The notes under the pieces are model-generated. The model ran no database searches. It had not been told where the DNA came from and was given only the letters and a program-made list of their open reading frames with translations. DNA of 54,573 nt. It comes from an uncultured Clostridium sp. (GTDB lineage Bacteria; Bacillota; Clostridia; TANB77; CAG-508). Made by a program: the position numbers and the translations under genes. Every line of letters starts with the position of its first letter. Positions within the stretch are counted from its first letter, which is position 1. The DNA lies in assembly GCA_947165355.1 (NCBI GenBank), contig CAMUZZ010000004.1:1-54573 (forward strand). Reading direction: 5' to 3'. This document shows, one piece after another, positions 40,266-50,357 of the stretch.

Positions 40266-40528
40266 ATTTATTAACTCAAAAAGAAATATTTAAGAAATTT
40301 TACATACATTAAATTTAAATGAGAAAAAAAGAGATATGTATAATTAAGAACCGCGCAGTTTGGGAGCGTGTATAAATAAATCGTAAAGTGATTTAAATCA
40401 TTTTGCTGAAATATATTTATTGGTTTGATAACACATGCGACCAGTAAGGTTCGAAAATTATATATATCTCTTTTTTGCTTTTTAACTTTTGACTTTTTAA
40501 TTATATATATCTTTTTGAGTTAATAAAT
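40266..40528. mobile_element. Putative MITE-like nested inverted-repeat element
   Basis: Perfect 19-bp outer IR ATTTATTAACTCAAAAAGA and inner 21-bp IR (20/21) at 40325-40345 / 40456-40476. No ORF. Confidence 0.55.
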
Positions 40529-40627
40529 TTAATTAATCACATATTTTTTTAAATGTATTCATATTTTTGTTGAACTTTTTTGTCGCTAAATGTATAATTA
40601 CGATGAAATATAAAATAGGAGAATTAT

Positions 40628-41206
40628 ATGAACAGAACCAAGAGAAAAATATTTGAAACTTCTATGAAGCTCTTTGCTGAAAAGGGTTACGACGCGACAA
40701 GTGTAGAAGAAATAACATCTGTTGTTGGAGTAGCAAAAGGAACATTATACTATCACTTTTCAAGCAAAGAAGAAATATTTAATTTTCTAGTAGACGAAGG
40801 AATGAAATTACTTCAAAATAGCATTACAATAAAAATATCACAAAAAGATAATTCAATAGATAAATTAAAATCAATACTCTTAATTCAACTTAAAATTATG
40901 TACAAATACGAAGATTTCATAACTATAATTTTAAGTCAAATGTGGGGACATGATTCAAGAAACGTACAATGTCAGCAATATGTATTTAAGTATTTAGAAA
41001 TAATAGAACAAATTATAAAGGAAGGAATAGAAAGAGGCGAAATTATAAATTCGGATCCCGAAACTATTTCAGCCGAAATATTTAGTGCAACATGTATAAG
41101 CATGCTGTATAGAATTAAAAAGAATAAAGATATAAACATAAATGATTTGTATAAAGAGCTAGAAAACATTTTATTCAAGGGACTATTAATAACTAAGGAG
41201 GATTAA
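40628..41206 (+). CDS. TetR/AcrR family transcriptional regulator
   Basis: LFAEKGYDATSVEEI...GVAKGTLYYHFSSKEEI. Confidence 0.95.
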   Translation: MNRTKRKIFETSMKLFAEKGYDATSVEEITSVVGVAKGTLYYHFSSKEEIFNFLVDEGMKLLQNSITIKISQKDNSIDKLKSILLIQLKIMYKYEDFITIILSQMWGHDSRNVQCQQYVFKYLEIIEQIIKEGIERGEIINSDPETISAEIFSATCISMLYRIKKNKDININDLYKELENILFKGLLITKED

Positions 41207-41216
41207 ATTCTGCAAT

Positions 41217-42401
41217 ATGAATAACACAAACGAAAGAAACAGGAAAAATATGAATCAAATACTTGTTATAGATGATGATACAGATTTTTCATATAAAGTA
41301 GGTCATAAAGCACGAAAAGCGAAAAAGCGAAAAGGATTTTTATCAAAACTAACAACATTTACATTTAAATCAGTAATTGTAACATCAATACTTGGTTTAT
41401 TTGTAATGTATGGACCAAATACATTTTTTAGAGATTGGTACATAACAACAGCAATGACTACAATGAATCACCAATATTTAGCAACCATGTTTTATAGCAT
41501 GGAAACAATTGATGAGGTAATGGATAGAAATAAAACTATTGAAGTTGACTCGGTTACAGACCCAACTTTAATAGCAACAAATATTACAGAAGAGCCAGAG
41601 GAAGAAATAGAATACGAGGATGAATTTGAAGAGGCTGTTTTAAGAAAAGATAAAGAGCATCCAGATTATAAAATTATTAAAATAAAAGATAATTCTTATA
41701 CCGGATATTTAGCAGTTGTATATGATCCATCTACAATACATACACTAGTAACAAACAACCTTAGCCAAGAAGGTCAATATTTAACTGATATGGCAGAAGA
41801 AGCTGGAGCAACAATAGCAATAAACGGAGGTGTATTTACTGGTTTATCTACCTCATCTGAAGAATTAAAAGCTCAAGAAATTGCTTATGGTGGAAATGGA
41901 GGACAACCTCAAGGTCTTACAATTTGTAACGGTGAAGTGGTAACAGATACACCATACGGAGGAGCTGGTGGTGTAATTGGGTTTACAGAAGAAAACAAGC
42001 TTGTATGTGGACGTATGTCGGCAAATGAAGCAGAATCACTTGGTGTTAGAGATTGCGTTACATGCGGACCATTTTTAATAATTAACGGGAAAGCCTCAAC
42101 AACAGTTGGTAATGGAGGATGGGGAATAGCCCCAAGAACAGCAATTGGTCAAAGACAAGATGGAATAGTATTAATGCTTTCTATAGATGGAAGAAGAGCA
42201 ACAATGCCAGGTGCAACGATGGCAGACTTAATAAAAATAATGCAGCAATACGGAGCTTACAATGCATCAGCATTAGATGGTGGAACATCAACTGCAATGG
42301 TTGAAAATGGAAATCTTGTAAATGATCCTATAGACAGTACAGGAGCACATGCTACAAGGCCAATAGCTACCGGATTTGGTGCAATATTTAATAAAAATTA
42401 A
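41217..42401 (+). CDS. Phosphodiester glycosidase (NAGPA/EpsL-like) family protein
   Basis: TAMTTMNHQYLA, AINGGVF, GPFLIING, PRTAIGQ, IDGR, LDGGTST. Confidence 0.9.
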   Translation: MNNTNERNRKNMNQILVIDDDTDFSYKVGHKARKAKKRKGFLSKLTTFTFKSVIVTSILGLFVMYGPNTFFRDWYITTAMTTMNHQYLATMFYSMETIDEVMDRNKTIEVDSVTDPTLIATNITEEPEEEIEYEDEFEEAVLRKDKEHPDYKIIKIKDNSYTGYLAVVYDPSTIHTLVTNNLSQEGQYLTDMAEEAGATIAINGGVFTGLSTSSEELKAQEIAYGGNGGQPQGLTICNGEVVTDTPYGGAGGVIGFTEENKLVCGRMSANEAESLGVRDCVTCGPFLIINGKASTTVGNGGWGIAPRTAIGQRQDGIVLMLSIDGRRATMPGATMADLIKIMQQYGAYNASALDGGTSTAMVENGNLVNDPIDSTGAHATRPIATGFGAIFNKN

Positions 42402-42431
42402 ATATAAACAAAAGAGCAAAGGAGAGTTCTT

Positions 42432-44045
42432 ATGAAAGATACAACAGATACTAAAAAAATAAAAATTTCATTACCAATGCTGATAACTATTATATTGTTA
42501 GTAGTATCAGTTCTTGCAATTTCAATTTATGCTTTAGCAAGATACGTATTCTTTACAGGAGGTAGTACAAGTGCACAAGTTGCATATTGGCATGTAGAGC
42601 TTGAAGATGGTATTGTTCAAACCTCAAATGTAATTGATTTTCCAATGACCAGAACAGACACAAACACAACCGTTTCAACCAATATGATTGCACCTGGAAC
42701 ATTTGGTACAATACCAATTACAATTGACTCAACAGGCACAGAAGTACATGCTAAATGCGATTTAACTTTTGTAATTCAAAATTGCCCAACTAATATGAAA
42801 TTTTATAAGGATGCAAGAAAAAGAAGAAGAGATGTTATTGAAGTAACTAGAACAGAAGAAAATGGCGTAAAAATTGGAACAATAAACATAACAAAATATA
42901 TAGATAAAGCAGATCACGGAGAGCACACATACACATTATATTGGGATTGGCCATACCAAACAACAGAGCAAAATGGTTTGGTAGAAAGTGACCTAATTGA
43001 TACCTCAGATATGAATAAACAAGTTTCTACAACTGTTTCATTACTAGGCACACAAGTACTACAAATTGAAGAAGATCCAAGCGAAGTTCCAGTAACACAT
43101 ATGTATGCTATTTTATTTAGTGATGGAACACTAGAGCTAAGTAGCCAGCCATACGAAAATTATTCTAATGATGACACATACTATGGAGATGTATACAATT
43201 GGACTAGCGGTCATGCTCCATGGAACGCACAAAGATATAGCATAAAAAGTTTTCGTGTAAAAGATAGAGTACAACCGCAAACAGTAGCATTTATGTTTTG
43301 GGATTGTACATATCTTACTAACGTAGATTTAGATGGTTTAGATATAGGTAATGTAACAAGCATGAGTTATATGTTTTATAACTGTACTAGATTAACAAGT
43401 GTAGACGTAAGCGACCTAGATACAAGTAACGTTACAGATATGAGCTGTTTATTTTACTCTAGTGGAATTACATCTGCAGATTTAAGAAATTTTGATACAA
43501 GAAAAGTAGTTAACACAGAGTATATGTTCTGTTATTGTACAAGTTTAACAAGCGTAAACTTAACTGGTTTAGATTTTAGTAGAAACCAAAATGCTTATCA
43601 AATGTTTAATGTATGTTCAAATTTGGTTAATTTAAATTTAAGTAATGTTAACTTTAGTAATGTTACTGATATGAGATATATGCTTGCTTCATGTGCTAGA
43701 TTATCTAATTTAGACTTAACTAATTTTAGAGTTTCTAGCGTAACTACTACATCATATATGTTTGATGGATGTTCAAGTTTAACAACATTGGATATGAGCT
43801 CTTTTAGTACATCTAATCTATCTACTACAGAATATATGTTCAGAAATTGCAGTAATTTAACAACAATATACGTAAGTTCAAATTTTGTAAACACAAATAT
43901 ATCTAATGGATACGATATGTTCAGAAATTGCTATAATTTGGTAGGAGGAAATGGAACTGCTTATTCATTCTATAATTTAAACCAGGGATATGCAGTAATT
44001 GATACCGCTCAAACACCAGGTTACTTTACTGAAAAAACAACATAA
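42432..44045 (+). CDS. BspA/DUF285-type leucine-rich-repeat surface protein
   Basis: N-terminal signal/TM ending ALARY. Repeats such as LTSVDVSDLDTSNVTDMSCLF; C-terminal LVGGNGT...PGYFT. Confidence 0.85.
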   Translation: MKDTTDTKKIKISLPMLITIILLVVSVLAISIYALARYVFFTGGSTSAQVAYWHVELEDGIVQTSNVIDFPMTRTDTNTTVSTNMIAPGTFGTIPITIDSTGTEVHAKCDLTFVIQNCPTNMKFYKDARKRRRDVIEVTRTEENGVKIGTINITKYIDKADHGEHTYTLYWDWPYQTTEQNGLVESDLIDTSDMNKQVSTTVSLLGTQVLQIEEDPSEVPVTHMYAILFSDGTLELSSQPYENYSNDDTYYGDVYNWTSGHAPWNAQRYSIKSFRVKDRVQPQTVAFMFWDCTYLTNVDLDGLDIGNVTSMSYMFYNCTRLTSVDVSDLDTSNVTDMSCLFYSSGITSADLRNFDTRKVVNTEYMFCYCTSLTSVNLTGLDFSRNQNAYQMFNVCSNLVNLNLSNVNFSNVTDMRYMLASCARLSNLDLTNFRVSSVTTTSYMFDGCSSLTTLDMSSFSTSNLSTTEYMFRNCSNLTTIYVSSNFVNTNISNGYDMFRNCYNLVGGNGTAYSFYNLNQGYAVIDTAQTPGYFTEKTT

Positions 44046-44089
44046 CGAAAGCATAGTTTAGAATAAAAACATAAGAAAAGGAGAAATAA

Positions 44090-46279
44090 ATGAAAAGAAA
44101 AATTTTAAGTTTTATTTTAATTTTTACAGTTATTGTTGCTATTGTAAACATAGCACATGCAGAAGGTGAAAAAGGTGATTTAAGTTTCAGCTCTAGTGAA
44201 CCAACATACAGTACAACCACAGATAGTTGGGATATAACGAGAGGTACTTATACAGTTAGCGGTACAGCCAAACAAAATGAATTTATACGTATTAATGGAA
44301 ATGCTACATTAACACTTAACAACTGTACTATTGAAAAAAATAGTGAGTTAAACAAAAGAGCACCTGCTATTAGCATTGAAAGTGGAAATGTTAATATAGT
44401 GCTAAATGGTACAAATACTTTAAAAGGTGATATAGGATATGCAGGTATATATGTAGCAGAAGGTGCTAGCTTAACTATATCTGGAAGCGGTACATTAAAC
44501 GTAACTGGTGGTGATGGAAGTGATTGGTTCGATCTTCCAGATAATATGCAAATACCATCAGATGCTAAAGGATACTGTGGAGGCGGAGCTGGTATTGGTG
44601 GAAATACGGTTTTTATTCGTAGTGCTAGCAGCGAAAGAGCATGGGTAGATGGAACAACACCAAGTTTTGGAAACATAACAATAGAAAGTGGTAATATTAC
44701 AGCTAAAGGTGGTACATCAATGAGCTTAAACTGTGCTGGAGGTGCAGGAATTGGCTCAGGTGGTGGACCTGCTACAGAATCAGATAATGTTAGTTTAAAT
44801 GGTGAAATAACTATTAATGGCGGAACAATAAATGCAACAGGTGGAGATCAAAACGAAACCTCACTATCACTAGGTGGTTCTGGTATTGGATCTGGTGGTG
44901 TAGCATTAAACATGCTAGTATACAAAGGAAATAATTTAGCAGTTAATATACATGGTGGAAGCATAACAGCTACTGGTAAAGGTGATGGAGCCGGAATTGG
45001 TGGCGGAAACAATATGGATAGTGGTATTATAACTATAGATGGAGGAACAATAACTGCAAACGGCGGTTACGAAGTATATACGGGATCTCAAAGCGGATTT
45101 TCTGGTGGAGCCGGAATTGGTGGAGGAGACCAAGCTGGTGTTCAATCTATTGCAATTTCCGGTGGAACAATAGTAGCAAAAGCTTATGGTGCAGGTGCCG
45201 GAATTGGTGCTGGAAGTGATGGTTTTGTTGGAATACCTAATAGTGATAATACAGAGGCTATATATGGAGAAATAACAATAAGCGGCAATGCAGACGTTAC
45301 GGCAATTGGTGGAGACTTTTTTTCAAATGCAATGGGCGCATGGTTTGGTGGAGCCGGAATTGGTTCAGGAGTTTCATACAACGAAGACAACGGATGTGGT
45401 ACAATTTCAATTACCGAAAATGCAAAGGTTCGTGCTTATGCAGGAGCATGCTCACAAGCTATAGGAGTTGGTGCTTACTATGGAGGTGATGCTCCAAACA
45501 AATTTATAGTTGGTGATAAAACAATAGATGTATGGATGTTTAATAAAGACGTTGAGCAAGGTGCTTTCTGGGGACAAAACGAAGCAGGAACAGCCGTTAC
45601 AGCCGATTATTCAACAAGTGGCGCTGTTGCAGTTTGGTACACTATTGATGATGAAGACGATTTTCCAGCAGAAGGAACTGAAACAGACGCAGCAGTTGAT
45701 TCAGAAACAGAAACATACAAATGGAAATATAGTGGAAATAAAATACAAGTATTAAAAGATGGAGAAGTTGCAAGCGAAGAGGAAGCAATGTCTGGATATA
45801 CATTTAAAAACTGGGCTACATTTGTTACAGAGCCACAAATAACAATTTCATATGAATTTATAGGAGACGATATACCAGACGACCTACAATTTGAAACTAC
45901 AGATACAATAGATAAAGGAACAGAATATACTCCCAAAACTATAGATAACCTTCCAGAAGGGTATAGTTTTGATGGATGGTACACAGATGAAGCATGTACA
46001 CAAAAATTTGTAAATGGAACAGCAGTAAACGAAAACATAAGCTTATATGGTAAATTAACAAAAAATAAAAGCAGCGATGACGAAGAAGAAGGGGAAGATA
46101 CACCTGAAGAAGATAAGCAAGACGAAAAAGAAGAAGACAAAGAAAAATCTGAAGACAGCAGTAAAGCAGTAACAACAGGTGATAAAATACTAAAATATGT
46201 AACAATATTTACAGCAATGACTTTAATACTATTTATAGTAAATAAAAAAAGATATGTAAGAAGAAAACACAGTAAATAA
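44090..46279 (+). CDS. Cell-surface protein with GAGIGxG repeats, InlB B-repeat-like domain and sortase-like anchor
   Basis: Signal peptide, repeated GAGIG(G/S)G...ITI.GG.I.A, GYSFDGWYTD, and VTTGD followed by a TM helix and basic tail. Confidence 0.85.
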   Translation: MKRKILSFILIFTVIVAIVNIAHAEGEKGDLSFSSSEPTYSTTTDSWDITRGTYTVSGTAKQNEFIRINGNATLTLNNCTIEKNSELNKRAPAISIESGNVNIVLNGTNTLKGDIGYAGIYVAEGASLTISGSGTLNVTGGDGSDWFDLPDNMQIPSDAKGYCGGGAGIGGNTVFIRSASSERAWVDGTTPSFGNITIESGNITAKGGTSMSLNCAGGAGIGSGGGPATESDNVSLNGEITINGGTINATGGDQNETSLSLGGSGIGSGGVALNMLVYKGNNLAVNIHGGSITATGKGDGAGIGGGNNMDSGIITIDGGTITANGGYEVYTGSQSGFSGGAGIGGGDQAGVQSIAISGGTIVAKAYGAGAGIGAGSDGFVGIPNSDNTEAIYGEITISGNADVTAIGGDFFSNAMGAWFGGAGIGSGVSYNEDNGCGTISITENAKVRAYAGACSQAIGVGAYYGGDAPNKFIVGDKTIDVWMFNKDVEQGAFWGQNEAGTAVTADYSTSGAVAVWYTIDDEDDFPAEGTETDAAVDSETETYKWKYSGNKIQVLKDGEVASEEEAMSGYTFKNWATFVTEPQITISYEFIGDDIPDDLQFETTDTIDKGTEYTPKTIDNLPEGYSFDGWYTDEACTQKFVNGTAVNENISLYGKLTKNKSSDDEEEGEDTPEEDKQDEKEEDKEKSEDSSKAVTTGDKILKYVTIFTAMTLILFIVNKKRYVRRKHSK

Positions 46280-46455
46280 GAGATTAGAAACGAAGTAAAA
46301 CCAATACAGTAGACATTAAAAAATATGAGACTACATTAATCTGTAGTCTCACATTCTTTATACATATACTGCAATTTAATTCAACAATTTTATTGCATTA
46401 AAAATAAAAGTTTTATAAAATAAATCTATAAATAATGAAAAGGTCGTGATTACAG

Positions 46456-47448
46456 ATGAAAAAAGTTTATATAAACATTGAAGACAATCCAGATTTTCTT
46501 AATGCTTTTCTAGATTATACGGCTACAATTCTTAATAAATCGCAAAATACTGTAAAAGAATACAATTACGATATTAATACTTTTTTAAGATATATAAAGT
46601 ATCATTTTAAAATGACAGACGAAAAAGATATTAAGCAAATTAGCATTAAAGATATGACACTTGATACCATTGAAAAAATAACACTTGATGACATACATAG
46701 TTTCTTATTTTATTTAACTTCCACATACGATAGTAAGGCTGCTACAAGGGCAAGAAAAGCATCAAGTATTAGAGTTTTCTTTAATTATTTATGTAACAAA
46801 TCTGGAAAAATTAAGAACAATCCTGCACAGAATTTAGAAAATCCAAAACAAGATAGAAGAATTCCTAAGTATTTATCGTTAGAAGATAGCCAAAAACTTC
46901 TTGTTGCAGTTGATGATGAAAACGATAGAAATAAAGAGCGCGATTATGCAATTATAACATTATTCTTAAATTGTGGCATGCGTTTATCTGAACTAGTTGG
47001 AATTAATATAAAAGATATAGATTTTAGTGAGCAGAAGCTTAATGTTATTGGTAAAGGAAACAAAGAGCGTGCAATATACCTAAATAATGCATGTATGAGT
47101 GCAATAAATAATTACCTCAAAATAAGACCTCACGATAAAGTAGATTTTGATTCTAAAGATGCACTATTTTTAAGCGAAAGAAAAACTCGTATTAGCAATA
47201 GAGCAGTACAATACATTGTTAAACAAGAATTAAAAAAAGCAGGTCTTGATACAAATAAATACTCTGTTCATAAACTAAGGCATACAGCAGCTACTCTAAT
47301 GTATAAATATGGAGACGTAGATATAAGAGCACTTCAAGAATTGCTAGGACACGAGAGCATATCAACAACCGAAATATATACTCACGTTGATAATACCCAA
47401 ATTAGAAATGCAGTAGAAAGTAATCCTCTTGCAAATATTAAAACTTAA
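46456..47448 (+). CDS. Tyrosine recombinase, XerC/XerD family
   Basis: RDYAIITLFLNCGMRLSEL, GKGNKER, HKLRH, LLGHESISTTEIY. Confidence 0.93.
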   Translation: MKKVYINIEDNPDFLNAFLDYTATILNKSQNTVKEYNYDINTFLRYIKYHFKMTDEKDIKQISIKDMTLDTIEKITLDDIHSFLFYLTSTYDSKAATRARKASSIRVFFNYLCNKSGKIKNNPAQNLENPKQDRRIPKYLSLEDSQKLLVAVDDENDRNKERDYAIITLFLNCGMRLSELVGINIKDIDFSEQKLNVIGKGNKERAIYLNNACMSAINNYLKIRPHDKVDFDSKDALFLSERKTRISNRAVQYIVKQELKKAGLDTNKYSVHKLRHTAATLMYKYGDVDIRALQELLGHESISTTEIYTHVDNTQIRNAVESNPLANIKT

Positions 47449-47486
47449 ATTTTGGGAACAGATCAAAACATTCGAGTAGACATAAA
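47446..47486 (+). repeat. GGGACGGAGC dispersed repeat, degenerate copy
   Basis: TAAATTTTGGGAACAGATCAAAACATTCGAGTAGACATAAA begins at the recombinase stop codon and is colinear with the other copies. Confidence 0.6.
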
Positions 47487-47535
47487 TAAATATCTTTATA
47501 AGATTAAACCAATTAAAAATAAAGGAGGAACAAAT

Positions 47536-48075
47536 ATGAAGCCATACAGTTACGATATTTACAGATACTATGGTCAGTACAAAGAAACCGCTTCTCAAAA
47601 ACGCCTAAGACCAAAAGGACTAGACTACATAATTTTATTTAGAAAGGCACAAAATGCAAAAAGTAAAATTGCCAAATCGTATTACGAATCTAAACTAAGA
47701 AAGTTATCTAAAAAAACATTTATACAAATATCACCAGAAACCAAAATAGGTAAAGGATTTTACATTGGTCATGAAGGAATAGTAATAATAAATAAAAAAG
47801 CAGTACTTGGTAATAATGTAAACATTGCAACAGGTGTAACGATAGGGCAAGAAAACAGAGGAAAGAGAAAAGGATACCCAACAATAGGTAATAATGTATG
47901 GATTGGAACAAATGCTGTAATTGTTGGTAATATTAATATTGGAAACGATGTATTAATTGCACCATTAAGCTATGTTAATTTTGATGTTCCAGATCACTCA
48001 ATTGTAATTGGAAATCCAGCAAAAATAATAGAGCGTGAAAACGCCGTAGATCATTACGTTGACAATAGAGTTTAA
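47536..48075 (+). CDS. Serine acetyltransferase-like hexapeptide-repeat O-acetyltransferase
   Basis: TKIGKGFYIGH, GVTIGQENRGKRKGYPTIGNNVWIG, GNPAKII. Confidence 0.88.
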   Translation: MKPYSYDIYRYYGQYKETASQKRLRPKGLDYIILFRKAQNAKSKIAKSYYESKLRKLSKKTFIQISPETKIGKGFYIGHEGIVIINKKAVLGNNVNIATGVTIGQENRGKRKGYPTIGNNVWIGTNAVIVGNINIGNDVLIAPLSYVNFDVPDHSIVIGNPAKIIERENAVDHYVDNRV

Positions 48076-48192
48076 TAAAAAATAACTAGATAAAAAATAA
48101 TTTAGTGTATTTTTATTGTATATAAAAAAGCACTATGATATCATTTTAAAGAAGTTATTAATATTTAATAATAAAAAACAAAGGAGGAATTT

Positions 48193-49299
48193 ATGAAAGA
48201 ATCAACAAAGTTAATCCTAATAATAGTTACAGTAATAGTAGCAGGAGCTCTTATTGCTGGAGGATGCTTCTTCTTACCAAAGTTAATTGGTAACAAAGTA
48301 AGCGGAGGAAATACTATAACTGTTAAGGATGGAAAAGAAAAAATTAAAATAACACAAAGTAAAACAAAAACAATTGAGTACGAAAAATATGATAATGGTT
48401 TAGTATCATTTGACTATCCAAAGGGATGGAAGGTAGATGTTGGACCATTTGATTACATTCATTACTCATTTAAAGTATATGATCCAAGTAATCCAGATTA
48501 CATGCTATTATTTGTTCTAAAACAAGAAGGAGCATTAAAGAGCGAAAAAGCTAGACAAGTATATGCAAGTATGTACCCAGATTCTATGTTTGCAAAATTA
48601 ACTCCAATTGATCCTCAAACAACTGAAGGATACTATAATGCATGGAATGGTAACGCTAAATACAACAATACTGAAGCAGGCGTAGAATATTTCCCACAAC
48701 TAAACAATTTTACTGTAATTGAAAATATTGGAAAAGATATGGTTGGTGGAGATATACTTAGAGCTTCATATACAGATGCCAGCGGTAAAAAATGTCAAGG
48801 ATTATTTACTGCAGCTGTAAAAGATATAGGTTCATACTATATAAGTGAAAATATGTGGAATCCATTTGGAAACAAAGTCGATGTTGCTCCATTAAACACA
48901 TATAATATAATTATAATGAGTGCTCCAGACGAAGAATTTATTAATTGGCAATCTGCATTAGATCATTGTGTAGGAACAATTCAATTTAGTAGTACATTTA
49001 TAAATGGATTTAATCAGCAAGAAGATACTATATTAAAAACTGTTCAAGCTAACCAAAAAATATATGATCAAATATCAGATTCAATTATGTCTTCATGGGA
49101 AGCAAGAAACAACTCATACGATATAATAAGTCAAAAGCAAAGTGATGCTACTCTAGGATACGAAAGAGTTTACGATACAGAAACAGGAGATATATACAAA
49201 GCATATAACGGATTTACAGATGATTACAAAGGTGAAAGATACCAACCAATAACAGATGATATGTACACAAAAGCAACAGCAGGATATATTGAAAAATAA
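48193..49299 (+). CDS. Membrane-anchored hypothetical protein
   Basis: AAGGAGG RBS, N-terminal TM, C-terminal SDATLGYERVYDTETG region. Confidence 0.8.
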   Translation: MKESTKLILIIVTVIVAGALIAGGCFFLPKLIGNKVSGGNTITVKDGKEKIKITQSKTKTIEYEKYDNGLVSFDYPKGWKVDVGPFDYIHYSFKVYDPSNPDYMLLFVLKQEGALKSEKARQVYASMYPDSMFAKLTPIDPQTTEGYYNAWNGNAKYNNTEAGVEYFPQLNNFTVIENIGKDMVGGDILRASYTDASGKKCQGLFTAAVKDIGSYYISENMWNPFGNKVDVAPLNTYNIIIMSAPDEEFINWQSALDHCVGTIQFSSTFINGFNQQEDTILKTVQANQKIYDQISDSIMSSWEARNNSYDIISQKQSDATLGYERVYDTETGDIYKAYNGFTDDYKGERYQPITDDMYTKATAGYIEK

Positions 49300-49524
49300 T
49301 ATACCATATGTTATAATAATAAATGTAGTAAATCAATTCGGTCATTCGCGTTTTACTACCACATAAACAATAAAGTTTAAAGGAATAATGAAGAGCCTTA
49401 AGAATCTCCTCATGAATGACAAAAATATGTACACAAATTATTGTGGTTATTTTTGTATGTACATTCATGAAAGGGGGTTCTTTTTGTATATAATCACAAA
49501 AATTAAATGAAAGAAGGATTAAAA

Positions 49525-50286
49525 ATGAAAATAAATGAACATGAATACTACAACAAACTAGCAAATTGGTCTTTTGATGAAATTAACTACACAGAAGAGA
49601 ATTACACAAATTGGATATACGAAGATGAAATAAAAAAAAGTACGAACAAAAATTCGAAAATTCTAGATTTAGGCACAGCAGGTGGAGAAAAGTTATTAAA
49701 AATCTTTCCAGAATGTGCTGAAATATTAGGTACAGACTTTTCTGAGGAAATGGTAAAAACAGCAAACGAAAACCTAAAAAGAAGTGGAAGAGCAAACATC
49801 TCTTTCAAAGTAATGGACAATTTAAATATGACCACTCCAGGCGATTATTTTGATTTAGTAACAGCACGTCACACAATAATAGATGCCAAACAAATCTATC
49901 GCACATTAAAAAAAGGAGGGCATTTACTATTACGAGGAGTAGATAAGTTAGATTGTTGGAGTTTAAAAATAATGTTTGGAAGAGGTCAAGCATACAATGA
50001 TATAAAACCAATAAGCCAAATAGACTATGAAAACATTTTAAAAGCTGGTTTCAAAGATGTGGAACTAATTCCGCTTCATGTAATAGAATATTACAAAACA
50101 AAAGAAGATCTATTAGCTCTACTAATAAAAGCACCAATACTTGACGATATTTCAGAAGAAACAACTAATAGTTATAAAAGAATAGCGATAGAGCAAGAGA
50201 TTTTTGATAAATATGTTCAAGAAAACACAACAGAAAAAGGAATAAAATTAATAAGAAGATACTATGGAATAGTAGCCAAAAAGTAA
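49525..50286 (+). CDS. Class I SAM-dependent methyltransferase
   Basis: ILDLGTAGGE, GTDFSEEM, FDLVTARH, LKKGG. Confidence 0.9.
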   Translation: MKINEHEYYNKLANWSFDEINYTEENYTNWIYEDEIKKSTNKNSKILDLGTAGGEKLLKIFPECAEILGTDFSEEMVKTANENLKRSGRANISFKVMDNLNMTTPGDYFDLVTARHTIIDAKQIYRTLKKGGHLLLRGVDKLDCWSLKIMFGRGQAYNDIKPISQIDYENILKAGFKDVELIPLHVIEYYKTKEDLLALLIKAPILDDISEETTNSYKRIAIEQEIFDKYVQENTTEKGIKLIRRYYGIVAKK

Positions 50287-50357
50287 TTTTAAATATCGTA
50301 TTGCATTAAAAGAAAGTTTAATATAGAATTGTTGTGAAAGAGGGGCGGAGCAACTGT

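Noticed and set aside
46456-47448. Integron or prophage integrase
   Set aside because: Looks like a chromosomal XerC/D-type protein. No IntI-specific insertion was recognised, and there are no attC-like arrays or phage genes.
1288-47486. GGGACGGAGC repeats as a CRISPR array
   Set aside because: Copies are kilobases apart, there are no regular spacers and no cas genes.
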